A stretch of 64,000 nucleotides of DNA from Paraspadella gotoi. Its lineage: Eukaryota; Animalia; Chaetognatha. The notes below the pieces were generated by a model, which worked only from the letters and a program-made list of their open reading frames with translations, did not search any database and was not told the DNA's origin. Location of the stretch: contig CM119269.1 of the NCBI GenBank assembly GCA_051294375.1, forward strand, positions 3,346,657 to 3,410,656, given 5' to 3'. Position numbers and translations under genes: made by a program. This document shows positions 1-14,892 of this stretch, piece by piece (positions within the stretch are counted from its first letter, which is position 1; every line of letters begins with the position of its first letter).

Positions 1-177
1 ACTCGAACGAATGCGTAGTAAAAACTTAAAAGGAATAAATTCGGCAGGAATCGAGGAGAAATGAATGTCTTGTATTTTTTCGTTCTTCTTTTGTCTGAAG
101 AATTTGTTTTTTTTCTGTAAAAGAGATAAAAAAGCAAAATATTATTGCTGAGTTATTTATTTTCTGTTAAATGACGC

Positions 178-213
<36 letters not shown>

Positions 214-327
214 AGATTCCAGTCAGACAGGTTCCTCTCCACACTCTCCCGGTGTCCCCGTTCAGAAACTCTGCGTGTTTCGTCTCTTCAGACATAAGTT
301 TTACGAAGACGACGACGACGACGACGA

Positions 328-371
<44 letters not shown>

Positions 372-645
372 TTGAAAAAGACAAGGATGACATGAGAATA
401 AATCCTGTTTGCGGCCGTGAAATATTTACTGGGGTCAAGAACGTTCACTCTCAGTTTGTATTTTTTTTAATCGTTTTAAAAACCGCAACTTAAAACAATC
501 GTCTTGAAATTTTTTACAGTAACTTTGGTTCAATTTTCGCATTTTAAATAAATTCAAGGCTTTTGACAAAGTTTTGGTTTATTAAAGAAAGCGGTTTTTT
601 TTTTCCACAAATTACAATTCGAGAATCAGCCAACTTGTTCGAGGT
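1..645 (+). repeat. Direct duplication, copy 1 (copy 2 at 9407-10110)
   Basis: Collinear match from ACTCGAACGAATGCGTAG to CAGCCAACTTGTTCGAGGT. Differences are mainly 1-nt indels and microsatellite length. Confidence 0.95.
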
Positions 646-1802
646 GAGAGGAGAGATCTTCACCTCTTTAAACCGCAATTATGCGGCATGTTTTTCATCC
701 TCGTCGCATTTAACCCATGTACCTTTTCTCTCTTCATTGCTCTATTGGCCTCTTTTCTATTTCACCTTTTCAAACGCCCACTAAGTAGTACCTGCCTTTT
801 CAACTTTTTCTCAAACCCCACTACCTTTCTCACCTTTTACATTTCTTCAGCCTTCTGTTCTTAATTTTTCCTGCCGCCTTCCTTTCTTTCTCCGTCCCTT
901 CCCATTTCGCCCACTCCTCCCCAACATCCCCCGACCGACCTTATCGAAACCAATCCAGAGTGGATCGTCGTCCGCCACTAGATCCTTGAACTGAGGAATC
1001 TTCTCTTCGAATCCTCCCGTCAGTTCACGCGCATGCGCCGCCTCCTTAATATTCTACTTTCGCGACGGTTTTTGTATTAATCATTCAGATAAGTATGTAT
1101 ATATAATAATATCGCCGTGTAACCTTTTGCGTGTTGTTTTTTTTTTGTAATCCACGCGAACGGGGTGGAAGAACGGCGAGCATGGTGGCCGAGAGGGAGA
1201 GAGAGAGAGCGTTAGAGGAAAACGCCCCCTCTGGTCGCCGCGGAAAAGAACAACAAAAAGCAAGATCCAATTAGGCACACTCAAGAGTCGTAATATTCAC
1301 AAAATCCCCTGAGTGAGATGGCGCGAGATAAAATCGATGCGAGAGAGAGGAGAGAGAGAGAGAAGAGAGAAGAGGAGAAGAGAGAGAGAGAGAGAAGAGG
1401 AGAAGTAGACAGAGAAGAGAGAGAGGCAGAGAGAGAGAGAGAGACGAATAGCGTTTTTTTTTTTTAATACCTCAACCAGATTGCGGCGGAGTATTATTTT
1501 TATTACTGTAGGGTTTTAAAATAAATTGAACGCATATCCGTCGTTCTTCTCGAAAAAAATCGATTATTTAATACTTTTGCATCTCGACTAACAGAACCAA
1601 AATTTTAAATACACGCCAGAGAAAAAAAAATGAGAAGAAAAAATACCGGCGATCAGCAGAAAGCGTCGCAGACTTTTGAAAACTAGCGGAAACTCCGAAC
1701 AGAGATTTTTTAACTTTTTTTTTCCGGCTGTTTTTTCTGTCGATGAGATCGAACTCTTCTCTCCTAGTTTCGTAGAGCGGAGAGAGAGAGGAGAGCAGAG
1801 AG

Positions 1803-1854
<52 letters not shown>

Positions 1855-2960
1855 AGAGAAGAGAGAGAGAGAGAGAAAGAATTGCTTCAAAAAAAAGGAA
1901 AAATTTGCTCACAATTTCAACTACCCGGGAGTGCGAGTGAAACCGGTGGGTTGCTGCGCTGAGGAATAATGATGGTAGATAGATGCTGGTTGAAGATAGA
2001 TAAGACGACGACGACGAACGACGACCGGACATGAAGGATGATGAAGAAACGAATGAAAACGAAGATTACGAGTCGGTTTTCGCGAACTCTGGAACGCAGA
2101 GAGGGCGGCACAGGGGGTCTTGGGTGCGACTTTCGCTGGTACCGGTGGTTTCATCATTGAGAACTTACGATGTCATGTGGGATGGCAGGGGAAGCCCGCG
2201 CTTTACGTCTCCGTCTCTCTCTCTTCGTCCTCTCGTCTCTCTCTATCTCTCTCATCTCTCGCATCCTTCTCTCTCTCTCATCTCTCTCTCGTGCTCCTCT
2301 CTCCTCTCTCTCATCTCTCTCTCTCGTGCTCTTATCCTTTTATCCCCCTGTTTTGTTAATCTCTTTTATTTAACTTCCGCTTTATTCGATTATATTAACA
2401 ACACCTTCTTTAAACTAAAATATTGTAAAAGTCTTATTTAAATTAAAATAAGGTTTCAAAAGCAGAACTATATATTTGGGTGGTTTGTAAATAAAAGGAC
2501 AGTCGTTATTTTAATTTATTGGTCTCATCCTTTCTCATTTTGGCGCTCAGAAATATAATTTATTTCGTTCAGTACCTAATTTGGTCGATATAAATTGTGT
2601 TATAAGACTGAGATCTGTCAGTAATGCGGTATCTTAATTTATCATGTTTGGTTTCATCTGAACGAAGAAAGAGGAGCTGTACCAAAAATACTTTTCTGCT
2701 GAATGTTGTTGCCTGTGATGTATATACGCGCTGTATTTGGTAAGACGCCTTGTGTCTAAATAAGTCAGTCGGGCGTAGTTTGGTTTAGCATCCGATGTCA
2801 GAATCGATCGTTGTCGTTACAGGATCGGTCGAGAATTTGCGTCATCGTCGTTGTCGTCACGTCGATGATCTCATCCGTCGATTGTCCGTTTTCAATTCGA
2901 TCAGTATCCAATGCACGATTCCGCCGTCAATGATATCGGTTATGGCTTAAAAGACGACGA

Positions 2961-2992
<32 letters not shown>

Positions 2993-4572
2993 AGACGAAC
3001 GGGATCTAACAGACGCCAGGCACCACGTGGAATTATTGAAACTAAATCAAAGGAATTGACGACAAAGTTAAGAGGCAAAATTTATTTCGTTAGAAACGAT
3101 CAGATGAGCCGTTTTCGGCCTTCGCTGAAGGAACAGAAACGCGATAACCATAATGTTGAGGTCGATGACTAGCCAGTTCAACCGTCTGCAATGACAACAA
3201 TGGATTACGATTGAATATAGACAAATCAAGTTTAACAGAAAAGATCGAAGTGATAATGCGATAATAATTCTACAAATTCAAAGAGGAATGGAACTACGCG
3301 CGCACTTAAAGGACAGTAAAATAAAATGTGTAAAAAGGAGTTAATAAGAAAAAAAATTTTTTCGTTGATAAGATTCTCAAGAGATTGAAAAATATAGAAA
3401 GGTTGTAAAAAGATAATGAAGAATGAAGAATTTAAAGACAGAAGAAACCAGTTAGTAACATCGTCAAAAATAAAACATGTAACAGAAATTTACCACCTAA
3501 CATCCGGTTCAATTTATCCATAAACATCACTCGAAAATTCGGTTATTTTACTTCCGCCCAAGGGGCAAACATTTTAGGTTTTAACCTTTTGTTGATGTTG
3601 GGAGGTGGGGGGTTTTAAAGATTATTTTTTTCTGAGTGAAACACATTGAAAAAAGATAAGAGAAAATTGTGAAAAAAAGAATAAAAAGAAAAGAAAAACC
3701 GACACTGAGAATACCGAAATGGTAGTGAAAAGATGAGATCTCGAACTTGGTGGATAAAATAGTATTATCACGGTGTCGGTGAATACAGTACAGAAAGCGG
3801 GCCCTGACTCTGTTTCTGAAGTATCAATTCTTACATCTGATTTGGATTATAGTTTTGATTCGAATCGAGGTCTTATTCATTTATTTTTTCTAAAGTTTTT
3901 TGCGATCCGATGAATGTCTAGGTAATGGTCTGTTAGAAGATGAATTCTAGTTTTAATTTGTACTCTCAGCATATAGTGCTAACATAGTATATAGTAGTTT
4001 TTCTAAATTATAATACCGGAGTGGTGTTCGGAAGAGTTCTGTCTTCCAAGTTGGGACATGTAGTGGCTGAAGCATATTAATCGAGAAGTACCCGCCACCT
4101 TCGTCCTGTGTAACGAGCGTACTGGACCTTCGGTTCGTGTACTTTTTAGATAATCTGCGGTCTCTCACAATGTTTCTTATCAAATATGATGATTATATAT
4201 AATATAATATATATATACATATATATATATATACTACTAAGTAATTCATATATATATGGTTTAACATAAATCAGCAATGAACAAGCTGCTAAAAGAAAGC
4301 GAAAAATAATTTTATTGTGTTTGGCCTCATCTTGATAAGTTGTGCATGTATTTTTTTAAGAAATTTAAGTAATGCGAGTTTAAAACAATACCGAAATCGT
4401 AGTAATGAAAAATATACACTGATTCAGAATTCTACGGAATGTTCCTTTGTTTATAGTTTTTTGTAAAAGTACGTAGGTTTCGCTATCGGTCTTGAATAGT
4501 TCGGCTCCCGATGAAAAACAAAAGAAAGCCCTACTTTTTAATGATGAGTGAATATTTTCTTTTTCTTTTCAG

Positions 4573-4625
4573 CCTCCCAACGGGTTCAGGACATCAAAGC
4601 CAAACCGCGAACCATCACACAAATG
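4573..4625 (+). other. Isolated putative 53-nt exon
   Basis: Strong acceptor (TTTTCTTTTCAG|) and consensus donor (ATG|GTAAGT) flank a stop-free block. No partner exons were identified. Confidence 0.35.
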
Positions 4626-5057
4626 GTAAGTGCGATATTTTTAATTTCCTTTAGCCTCTCTTTCTTTTTTTTAGCTCTCTACTTATTTGTTTCTTCTTTT
4701 CCGACTTACTCTCTTCCTAATTGCTCTCACACGTTGCCCGAACAAAAGGAAACGAAGAGAGGCCGAGTAATTGTAAACACGGTTCTATGCACGAATCATT
4801 GAAAACATATGTTCGTAGAAACATCGCATAAACAATAGACGAATGGAATGATATTCTCGGAGAACTTTATAATATAGTTAAGCGAAACTTAGCCAGACAT
4901 AAGGATTTGTGGCGGAGGAGCTTTTAAAAACGCTCTTGATTAATTACTTCGATCAAAATGGTAGGTTTAAAAGACAAGGGCAAAGGTGAGGTCGAAAATA
5001 AAGACGAATTGAAAGACTAATACTTATTGTTTTTTTTTTTTTTTTTTGACTGATCCG

Positions 5058-6020
5058 TCACGATTTCAATCTTCTTCGAAAGAAGTAAAGAGTTTGAAAC
5101 GAGGCATCGCGTCGAACGATCTGGCGGGAACGGGCGGGGGTAGCGGGAGTGGCGGGTAGGAGTTTAATGGGGGTTGAGGGAGAGATTGCAGAGAAGCAGG
5201 GGCCTTTTATATTTTATATGAGAGGTGAAATCATTCCGGTCGTTGTCCTTCTTTGACAGGAATGTTTTTTTTTTTTGTTGCTGCATTGGGGCCCAAAGAT
5301 GTTCGGATTTTTTAAATGTTTTTTTTTGTTTTTTTTTTTTGAGATCTGTCGATCGCGTAGCATCTAGATTTTCACCTCTGAGTCATAAGGTAGAGTCAGA
5401 TTTTGTCCATCGCTCGCCATATTTTCCTTCGTTGGAGGGGCGTGACGAAGCGAGTTCATGGTGAAGTTTCGTGGGATTTCATGGGCGGGTCGATCACTGA
5501 CCTGAGGCGGCGCCAAGACCCCAACACCATCCCACGTAACGAGGATCATGAGGCAGTTAAAGCGAAGAGCCCCGAAGAGGCTGATGTTCAACATGGCGCC
5601 GGCCCAGATGGCGCCAGGTGCTGGCGCGCCCTCGAAGATACGCGGAGACCCAGCGCGAGACCCTGGAGAATATGGATTGATTTGATTGGTTTGATTGATT
5701 GATTGATATATAAGTAACTTTTGATATATAGTATAATGGCGTTGACAAACTAATCTCCGCGATTCACCTGCTTCCTGGTAAGAGACTAGCTCGTGAGATG
5801 AGATGCGTTTGAGGACAGAGTTGAGGGGCGTGAAAGGAGCGTAGACGCCCGTGAGCAGACAGATGGCGCGCTCCGACGCCATGTGCCGGGGACGGCGTTA
5901 GCGGCGCGCACCGTCATGAGCGCGATCGTGGAAAAGAAGAAAGAACCTGAAAGATGAAGATTGGAAAAGTTATTTCGGTATGAGTTTCCTTGTTTATTGT
6001 TTTTTCTATCTATCTATCTG

Positions 6021-6065
<45 letters not shown>

Positions 6066-6268
6066 TCTATCTATCTATCTATCTATCTATCTATCCTATC
6101 ATATCTATCTATCTTCTATCTATCTATCATCTAATTTTTTTTTATTATCTATTGTCTAATCTCTCTGCCTTTATGAACTTTCTTAGTTCCTTCCTTTCTT
6201 TTCTTTCTTTCTTCGTTCTTTTTTCTTTCTTCGTCTTTCTTTCTTTTTTCTTTCTCTTCTTTCTTTTC

Positions 6269-6308
<40 letters not shown>

Positions 6309-6395
6309 TTTCTTATCTTTCTTTCTTCGTTCTTGTCTTTCTTTCTTTCTTTCTTGTCTTTCTTTTCTTTCTGTCCTTCTCGTTCTCTCTTCTCT

Positions 6396-6453
<58 letters not shown>

Positions 6454-9180
6454 TCAACATGAAAGATGATGAGAAAGCGACGCTCGTCCTTTTATTCGTC
6501 CTGACAAGAATTCAAGAGTCATACGAGACGACGACGATGAGCATGAGGATCGTAGCGACGATGCCAGAACTTTAACAAATCCCATTCCGAAATACCTAAA
6601 AGAAGTCATTAAGACAATAATGCCAATATAATTCAATAATTAATCAAAAAAAAAGAAAAATAAAGTCCAAATTAAATTATGCGTTTAATTTGGCATTTAA
6701 TACATAATTTTTGTTTTTTGCTTATCAAATATGTTTGTTTAAACTACTAGTATCAAATACACTCGATTATTTCAGAAAAATACATAAATAAAATAGAAAA
6801 TTAACAAAACTTTTCCCCCCGTTTACGATTGTGGGATCCTTGTTGGCCGCCATCATTGCATCCGCACAACCCATTCAACCAGTCCATACCAATCCAAAAC
6901 CCGGCCCCCCGACCGCCCCCCCCCCTGTTTTCACCCCCAACTCACATTTCCCCCATCGAAAGGAAATGGTAGGATGGCCATCATCCCGAACCACGTCACG
7001 AAATCCCCGAACAAAAGGCAAAGTAGTGATCTTGAGGAGAAACTTTCATCAGCGACCCGCAGCACCTCGTCCGCCCGTCCTTGGAGGATCTCGAGGAGAG
7101 TCTTCCTCTGGCGACGCCGAGCGGAGACGGCGTCGTCCATTCGTCGGCGGTCGACGCCTTCGAACTTTCGCTCGATTCGGCGCCTCCGATTTGGCCTTCT
7201 TGGTGCCGGCGTCGGTCGAAGGACGTCTCCATCTCGGGATGCTTGCCCGGGTATGTCTCCACCAGTTGTCCTCGACTTGGGCATTTCCCGCCCATCTCTT
7301 TCTCCTCTCTCCTCGTCCTCGTCTCGTCTCCGTCTCCTCGGCCTTGAGGCTGCCCGGTCGGTCCCGTAGCCGGAGAGGGCCGTGAGGCGACCGAGTCGTC
7401 GCCGGCGTCGACGGGCCGATTGACGAGGTTCTCGTTTCTCCAGTTCGAGATCGTCGTCGTCTTCGTCGACGCCCTTCAAGTCTTTGTAGCAGAGGTGGTG
7501 CCGAGAAGGTTGGAAGGAGTAAAAGGATGACATGAAGAGGCCTTGGGGGGGAGAGGGAGAAGAGGTTAAGAAGATGAAAGAAAAAAAAAGAAAAAAAAGG
7601 TAAATATGATGAGTCGTGTAAGTTCGGAATAATGCTCATCAGGCTCTAAGTACATTAAGGAAGACCCAACTGATAGCTAGATTCTAATTTCGCGTCGTTA
7701 ATGCTCGTTAACCTTTATGGAGGATTTGACATTGAATCCTCTAAACTGAACCTGCATCGTCTTACCGGAAGAAGTGAATTGGTTTAATGTGTTTTTTTCG
7801 TGATGTAAAAGTTAGATTTGCTTAGAAACAAGAGGCAGATCGGTCCCGACGATAAACCCAACGTTCGCACACCTGAATTCAAAAGAATGAATTGAGTTGT
7901 GATTATGTACATTGTACTATTCGATACATACATACATACCTCAACGGCGCTAAGAAACGGTCGTCCTGTCCTGATATTGGTTGCCCTGGAGAACGTCGCC
8001 TTAGTAACGCGGACGCACTGGCCCAGTGACTCCGGTGAGGAGACGCGAAAGAAGAATGAACCTGCCGACGAAATGGATGAAAGATTTGGATTAGTGAGAG
8101 TCGCTATACTAGTTGTTTTGAACTAACTTTCTGACAAAACAGACTGGGATAAAGTTAAAATCTAATTTATTGATATTGATTTCCGCACACAAAGGAATTA
8201 ATGACACCGACCAGAGGTAATATATTTGTAAATCTGTAACATCTGTAAAACTCAGGAACAAATCTGTGAACGTCATTTCTCCCCACGTACCAGTCCGCGG
8301 CGCAACGACGATAAAGAAACATCCACCAGATGGCGCAACGTCGCCAGAATCAGGATCAACTTGGCGTTGGTCATTTTTTCGTAAAATACCCGAAGACGAA
8401 AGAGAGAGTCATCGATGTCACGCTAGAGGGAGAGGGAAGTAAAGTGAGAACATCAATTTGAACATTAATTAAATATTTGTGTATTTACTACGTTAGAATG
8501 TAGGAGAATAGTTGATAGTACATATATAATGATGTGAGATAAAGAAGTGACTTTTTTTCACCTATAAGAGGCAACAGTGACTCCGTAGAAATTTCCGAGG
8601 GACCCCGAAGATTTCGGTGATAAAAAGCAGAGTGAAGGACGATGACGCCCTAGAGTTGTGAAGTTTGTTAAGTATGTGATTTCGTTCCATTTCTCTTTAA
8701 GATGAGAATAAGATAAGTATAAAATCAGTTTTACGAAATAACGGGAAACTTTTTAGAGATGACGGTACTTTCAGCAGGTAGCATTCAAATCCAGAACAGA
8801 TTTTCTCACATCCATCCCTCTGCTGATTGAAACTCACCTTTTCCAACCCCACCAAAAAGTAATTGTCCCGGATGAGAAAGTAAGTCCACATGGCGCCCAT
8901 TTTTTCCCGTCGCCACCTCAGCAGCGCCTCTAGTTCGACTCTCGCCACTGGAAGGAACAAAAGGGCAGCACGGCGTCGACGGAGGAAGTCTCCACCTCCT
9001 CGATCTCATCACGGCGATTCCGGCATCTTGGAGGACGAAGGGCGGAGGCTGGGGTCGTCGCGGCGGGGGCGGGGAGAGCTTGGCGAGGCGCGTCATCCTC
9101 GTCCTTGTTTGTTGTTGTTGTTTTGTTGAGGAAGAGAGGTCGTCGTCGCGGAGACGTCGAGACGAAAGAAAAGTTTTCAT
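5058..9180 (-). CDS. SLC45/SUT-like (GPH family, MFS) sugar-proton symporter; multi-exon, with several apparent frameshifts
   Basis: Minus-strand GC-richer blocks, several with GT/AG edges, give family-like motifs in the expected order. Start MKTFLSS (9180); ...FLVGLEK (~8840); TTLGRHRP (~8640, cf. GRRRPF); LILILATL..LVDVSL (~8330); LLTGV..W (~8030); long charged central loop (7050-7500); SRSLLCLLFGDFVTWFGMMAILPF (~6960-7030, cf. the LFVAELCSWMA motif); MDWLNG (~6880); EFLSGRIKDERRFLIIF (~6470-6515); FSTIALMTV and AICLLTGVY (5770-5945); GAMLNISLFG (5500-5660); probable last exon ..QTLYFFRRRLKS* ending 5058. Frame switches are needed, so exact boundaries are approximate. Confidence 0.6.
6006..6453. 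repeat. Compound microsatellite (TATC)n-(TTTC)n-(CT)n
   Basis: Directly visible; representative of the dozens of (CT/AG)n, (GAC)n and (TTTC)n tracts across the window. Confidence 0.95.
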
Positions 9181-9301
9181 GATTGAGATTCGAAAACAAT
9201 TTTGTTTGTTTGTTTTGATTTTTTGAGGAGCGCAGTATAAAGGGAGCGTGGAGGGTGCCAGAGTCCGATTCAAGATTTGGGAATAGTGTGAGTGAGTGAT
9301 T

Positions 9302-9376
<75 letters not shown>

Positions 9377-9406
9377 GATTAAAGGATTTAAGATTAAAAT
9401 TCTCCA

Positions 9407-10110
<704 letters not shown>

Positions 10111-10293
10111 TAAAAATGCTAAGTTCGATTCCGGTTTTAAAATTTTTTAACAATTTTCCCAAAAACGAGTCCATTATATGATTACAATATTCCTTTTTTC
10201 TTGAAATAGTTTATTCAAACGCTTCCGCTTCGGATTTAAAATGGATTGTTGATTCGAAATTGAAAGAGAGAACAAAAAAATCACTGGGGTCGT

Positions 10294-12097
10294 TATGACA
10301 TTGGAATTCATGGAATCCGGCGAATCAAAAACGAAGTGGAACAAGCGAGGCCTCGGGAATAAATCCGGATTAAACAAATGTCTTGGAAATTTAGGACTCC
10401 TTGTTGTAGTTGCTATCAGGTGAACAGAGATTAAGGGGAATGATATTAAGCGGTTAATGGTTAAAGATTACTTTGCTGTTCGGTTGTTTATAGAAAAGAA
10501 GAAATAAAAAGTCTCGGAAATTGTAGGAAAGAAAAAAAAATAACAACAATATTCGCGCCATTTAGAAACGAGGTTACTGAAAGGGTCATCTTGTCTCGAA
10601 AAGTGAACTAAAAAACTAAGGTATAATGAGGGAAAAAAATAGCTAAATTAGCAAGTGCTAATAGGGAAAAGAGTTAGAGGCGCGCGAAAGAACCCGGAAT
10701 AAATATGTATGTAATAACAGTTAAATAGTAAGACCAGAATTGACTGATAACGTCGCCACCACGAATCGAAAGTGGATCCTTCGAATTTGATTTATTTGAC
10801 GATGGACCGTTTACTTCATCATCGAACAAATTTTTTTAAAACTAAACTACTATAAGACTAATGTAAGTTACCACTACCGTTTAGGTATAATCGAGTACAT
10901 GCTATATAATTAATGGCATATTGTAAAGAGATGATAATTTTAGTCGCTTTTTTCGTATGACCTTTGAAAATGAAGACAGGCCAAATCTTACTAAAATTCG
11001 ATTACGTTTGATTTCTCCGAATTTTTAGTTCGACCTTTTCACCTCCAGAATTTTCTCATTACTGAATTCTTTTTAGGAGTAGTTCTAAGTTTTTACGACA
11101 GCTTATTTTTCCCTATTCCTATAAATGTCAGTTAACCAAATTGAGTTATGAATAAATAATCTTACAAATTGATGCTACGTTACATTCGCTACCAAGCCAA
11201 GTTTTTACGATTTACTGTTTGCTGTGCTAAAACTTGCGTGAGTTGATTTGGTATTAATGCTAGGGTAGGATTTTCGAAAGTCAATAAATATAATCTGTCT
11301 CAACTCTTTTAACTGTGTCCTATTTTTTGATTCATTACTAAAATGCAAACGCATTAAATTATATGTGTGTGTAGCTAGTAGAGAGAGAGAGATGACGAGA
11401 TGAGACGAGAATGGATGAGAGAGAGATGAGAGATAGAGAGAGAGAGATGAGAGAGATGAGAGAGAAAGAGAGATCAATAGTAAGTTTTTCTTTAGATATC
11501 AGTTCGCAATTCGTGACTCNNNNNNNNNNNNNNNNNNNNNNNNNAAAAAAAAAAACAACTTAAAAAGGAGCCGTGATTTATTCACGGCGAAAAACGGATT
11601 TAAAAGTTAAAATAGTTTCTCTCAAAACTTTTCGTCTCGAAAGTTTTTGCAAAGGATAACAGTTGCTCAGCCAGCGTGAGAATTAGGGTACATGTCCACA
11701 TGTCTACATGTCTACGTATTATTTACGGAGGGAAGATCAAAACAGGGAGAGAGATTCACACTGGATCGGGATATGATGGCCGATTGGCCAAGAATGTCAG
11801 TTAACTTATTGCTGCTAACCCCAACTCCCCTCATACTCTAACTCCCGAAACCACCTTAACTCTCAAAGGCACTCTCCTCAACTATCCCCCCAATCAACCC
11901 CCACAATATCCACTAAACCACTATCCAAATGGCCCCTTTTTTTTCTGCCCACTTTGAGAGTCGCTCATCTTTTTCCGTTGAAAGTCAAAACATTGCCGAC
12001 TACGAACTCGTGATCCGCGCGGAAAACCAGCGTTGAAAGTAACGAGTTCGCCCAAGATATTGAAGTTACGTGAATCAGTTCCTTGACTTGAATAACG
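10294..12097 (+). CDS. Possible fragmentary exons of a cadherin-repeat-like protein (noisy sequence)
   Basis: Short coding-like blocks end in GT donors (ATCAG|GTGAAC ~10419, TAAT|GTAAGT ~10862, AACG|GTAAGA ~12097). Translations include KVFAKDN, GERFTLDRD and IADYELVIRAEN...DIEVT..LDLNN, which resemble cadherin EC motifs only if frameshifts are allowed. Confidence 0.2.
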
Positions 12098-13399
12098 GTA
12101 AGAAAGAGAATGACACCATCGTTCGTAGTTATTTTGTTTTGGACTTTTTTTCGACGCCGGGGGCTGAGATCCGCGTAACCAAGAACCCGTTACCGGCTCG
12201 TTACGTTTCTAATTTCCTCAATGAGTCTCGAGATGAACGGTGATGATGTGAGAAAAACAAAGATTCACAATAAAAAAAAAGGAAAACAGAAACTTAGGGG
12301 CAAAAGGGCAAAGAGTTATATGCGTTTCGTAAACGAAGAATTATATATCGAGACGAAAGATTTAGATTTTTTTTTATTCTTCTATGCCTTCCTTTGTTTT
12401 CATTTTTTTTCCTCTCTCTTACACTTTTTATTATCTTTTTTCTGTCAGTTTTTGATCAGTGTGTTTGTGTAAGAAATTCTTCAGTCTTCTTCAGATCTAA
12501 GATTCTTTCAACAGATGCTATTGATTATTTTTGCTTAATTTTTTTCTAAAGAAATTCGAAACGAAATTTTTGAGATTTCGAATTAAAAAAAAAGGACTCG
12601 TGCATATCTGTGGGGAGAGAGACTCGAGCAATTTGCCTCAAAAACTTGACGTCTTTGTGGCCTGGATTTGGATTTGGATTTAGATTTGGATTTGCTCCTT
12701 TGCTCAATTTCACGTTTTTTCATCGTCGTCTTCGTCGTCGTCTTCGTCGTCTCTCACATCTGGACTTCGCTTCGTTCCAAATATCCGTTGAGTGATTCGA
12801 ACGCGTGCTATGCGCTTCACCACCAACTGGGGTTAACTCGCGGTTTTATTTTTATAAAAAAAAAAAACAAAGTAAACAAAACAGTGAACAAAAACAAAGA
12901 CGATGATAAAGATGTATTTTCCAAAATAATCGGGATATCAAATAAACAACTCCCTCGTCGCCTCGTCTTGTCATCGTCAATGTCACCGTCATCATCATTA
13001 TCACCGTTTAAAAATCAATCAGGTTCTCCATCGAAGTCGTGATTCGTGAATATCCACGACGCCTCTACCATTTGCAAAGTCGCTATCACCAGCCAACGGT
13101 CGTTTATGATGACTATCACAAACAATTCACCAGCGTTATAATCTTGTTATAATCATAGTTCGATCTTGAACTTAACAGTCCTCCTACTCATCGCAATACT
13201 AATAATTACTTATAATTTCACGACTCCTCCCCTCGAATACAATCTACCACCGTTCACGCCACTCATAGTCGCCCTCGTATTTTCGAGGAGAAAAACGAAA
13301 TCTCAACTTTTATGGGTGAAATTGAGGAATGTTTTTATGGTGCGCGACGATGAGAACGACGATGACGACGAAAGGATCCCTCCTGGCCTCTCGTAAGAG

Positions 13400-13459
<60 letters not shown>

Positions 13460-13591
13460 CTTCTCTCTCTCTTCTCTCTTCTTCCCCTCTCTCTCTCTCT
13501 CGGCGATTTTCGACTGAATGCACAGATGTATGAAAACTCGATGTATTAGGAAAAATCGGTGATTCTCCCCTCCATACGTTTAAACTTTCAG

Positions 13592-13690
<99 letters not shown>

Positions 13691-14587
13691 AAATTTTATC
13701 GAGAAAAAACCATTTTCAACGATATCTGCGATTTTTTTCACCTACACAGACTTGTACCATCATCAATTTTAAAAAATAAATACAATTGAAAAAACATTTC
13801 GTCTTCGTTAGAATACGTATTTCCAACTTCCTAATCTTCTTACGATTATTTCCTCAATTAAATTTATATTTATTTTGCTTTCATTTACAAATGTTTCTGC
13901 GAAACTGACGGCCATCCGGTTTCTATCTTTCCCCAGCCGGAACAACAAAGGATCTCCTTGTGATTTTAACCTTTGTGCTTCTAGGTTTACAGGGAAGTGA
14001 GGAAGACGTAAAAGAAAAAAAAATATGAAAAAAAAATCGGAATAAGAAAGAGAAGGGATGGTTTCTCTCTGCGGATGCAACAAACCCTCTTTTCATCTTT
14101 TCATCTTTTTTCTCCTCAAACTGAGACTTCAAATCCTCGATTGTTTTTGAAGAAGATTTTAACCGCAAAAAATCCCCGAACGGCGTTTTTCCCCAACACT
14201 AATTCCCCCCGCCCGAATCCCCATCTCTATTCCCCTGCCAGATTTCCCTGCTCGTGTCTCCCTTCATTTCCCCTGCCTAAATCCACTAAACTAAATTCCC
14301 TTCTTTTATCCCTTCATCTCATCCCCCTTCTATTCACACCTTAAAATCCCTCGCCTCTTCCCTTTCACTAGTCCCCTGCCCCATTCCCTACCTCAAATCC
14401 CCTAATCCCCGACCCTCTTCAATATCAGGCCGACCCAGCCTTATCTCTTAGTTTCTTTCTTTAAACCATTAATCCCATTCGCTCTCTGGGTTGTACTACA
14501 TTTTTCCCTTTATTGCCTCATCGACGAATCTCCGTTTTTTCTCCTTGAAACCTTGTAACTCGCGCCGTATCTGTCTTCACGTCTGAG

Positions 14588-14588
14588 A

Positions 14589-14635
<47 letters not shown>

Positions 14636-14813
14636 ACACACCTCTCTCCCTTCTCTTTATGCAACTCCAAACAATAGAAATTCCCTTTTAAACTCTTCTC
14701 TCTTTGTTTGGTTACAAAATTTGACCTTTGACCTTTTTTGACCACCTGGACACTGGTTGTAGTCGGTGAGATCAAGACTACTCACTAATGACGTACACTC
14801 TCTCTTCTTCTCT

Positions 14814-14892
<79 letters not shown>

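Noticed and set aside
5990-6575. Poly-SL / poly-ER / poly-F ORFs here and throughout the track
   Set aside because: Translations of (CT)n, (TTTC)n and (TATC)n microsatellites or of N gaps; no coding signal.
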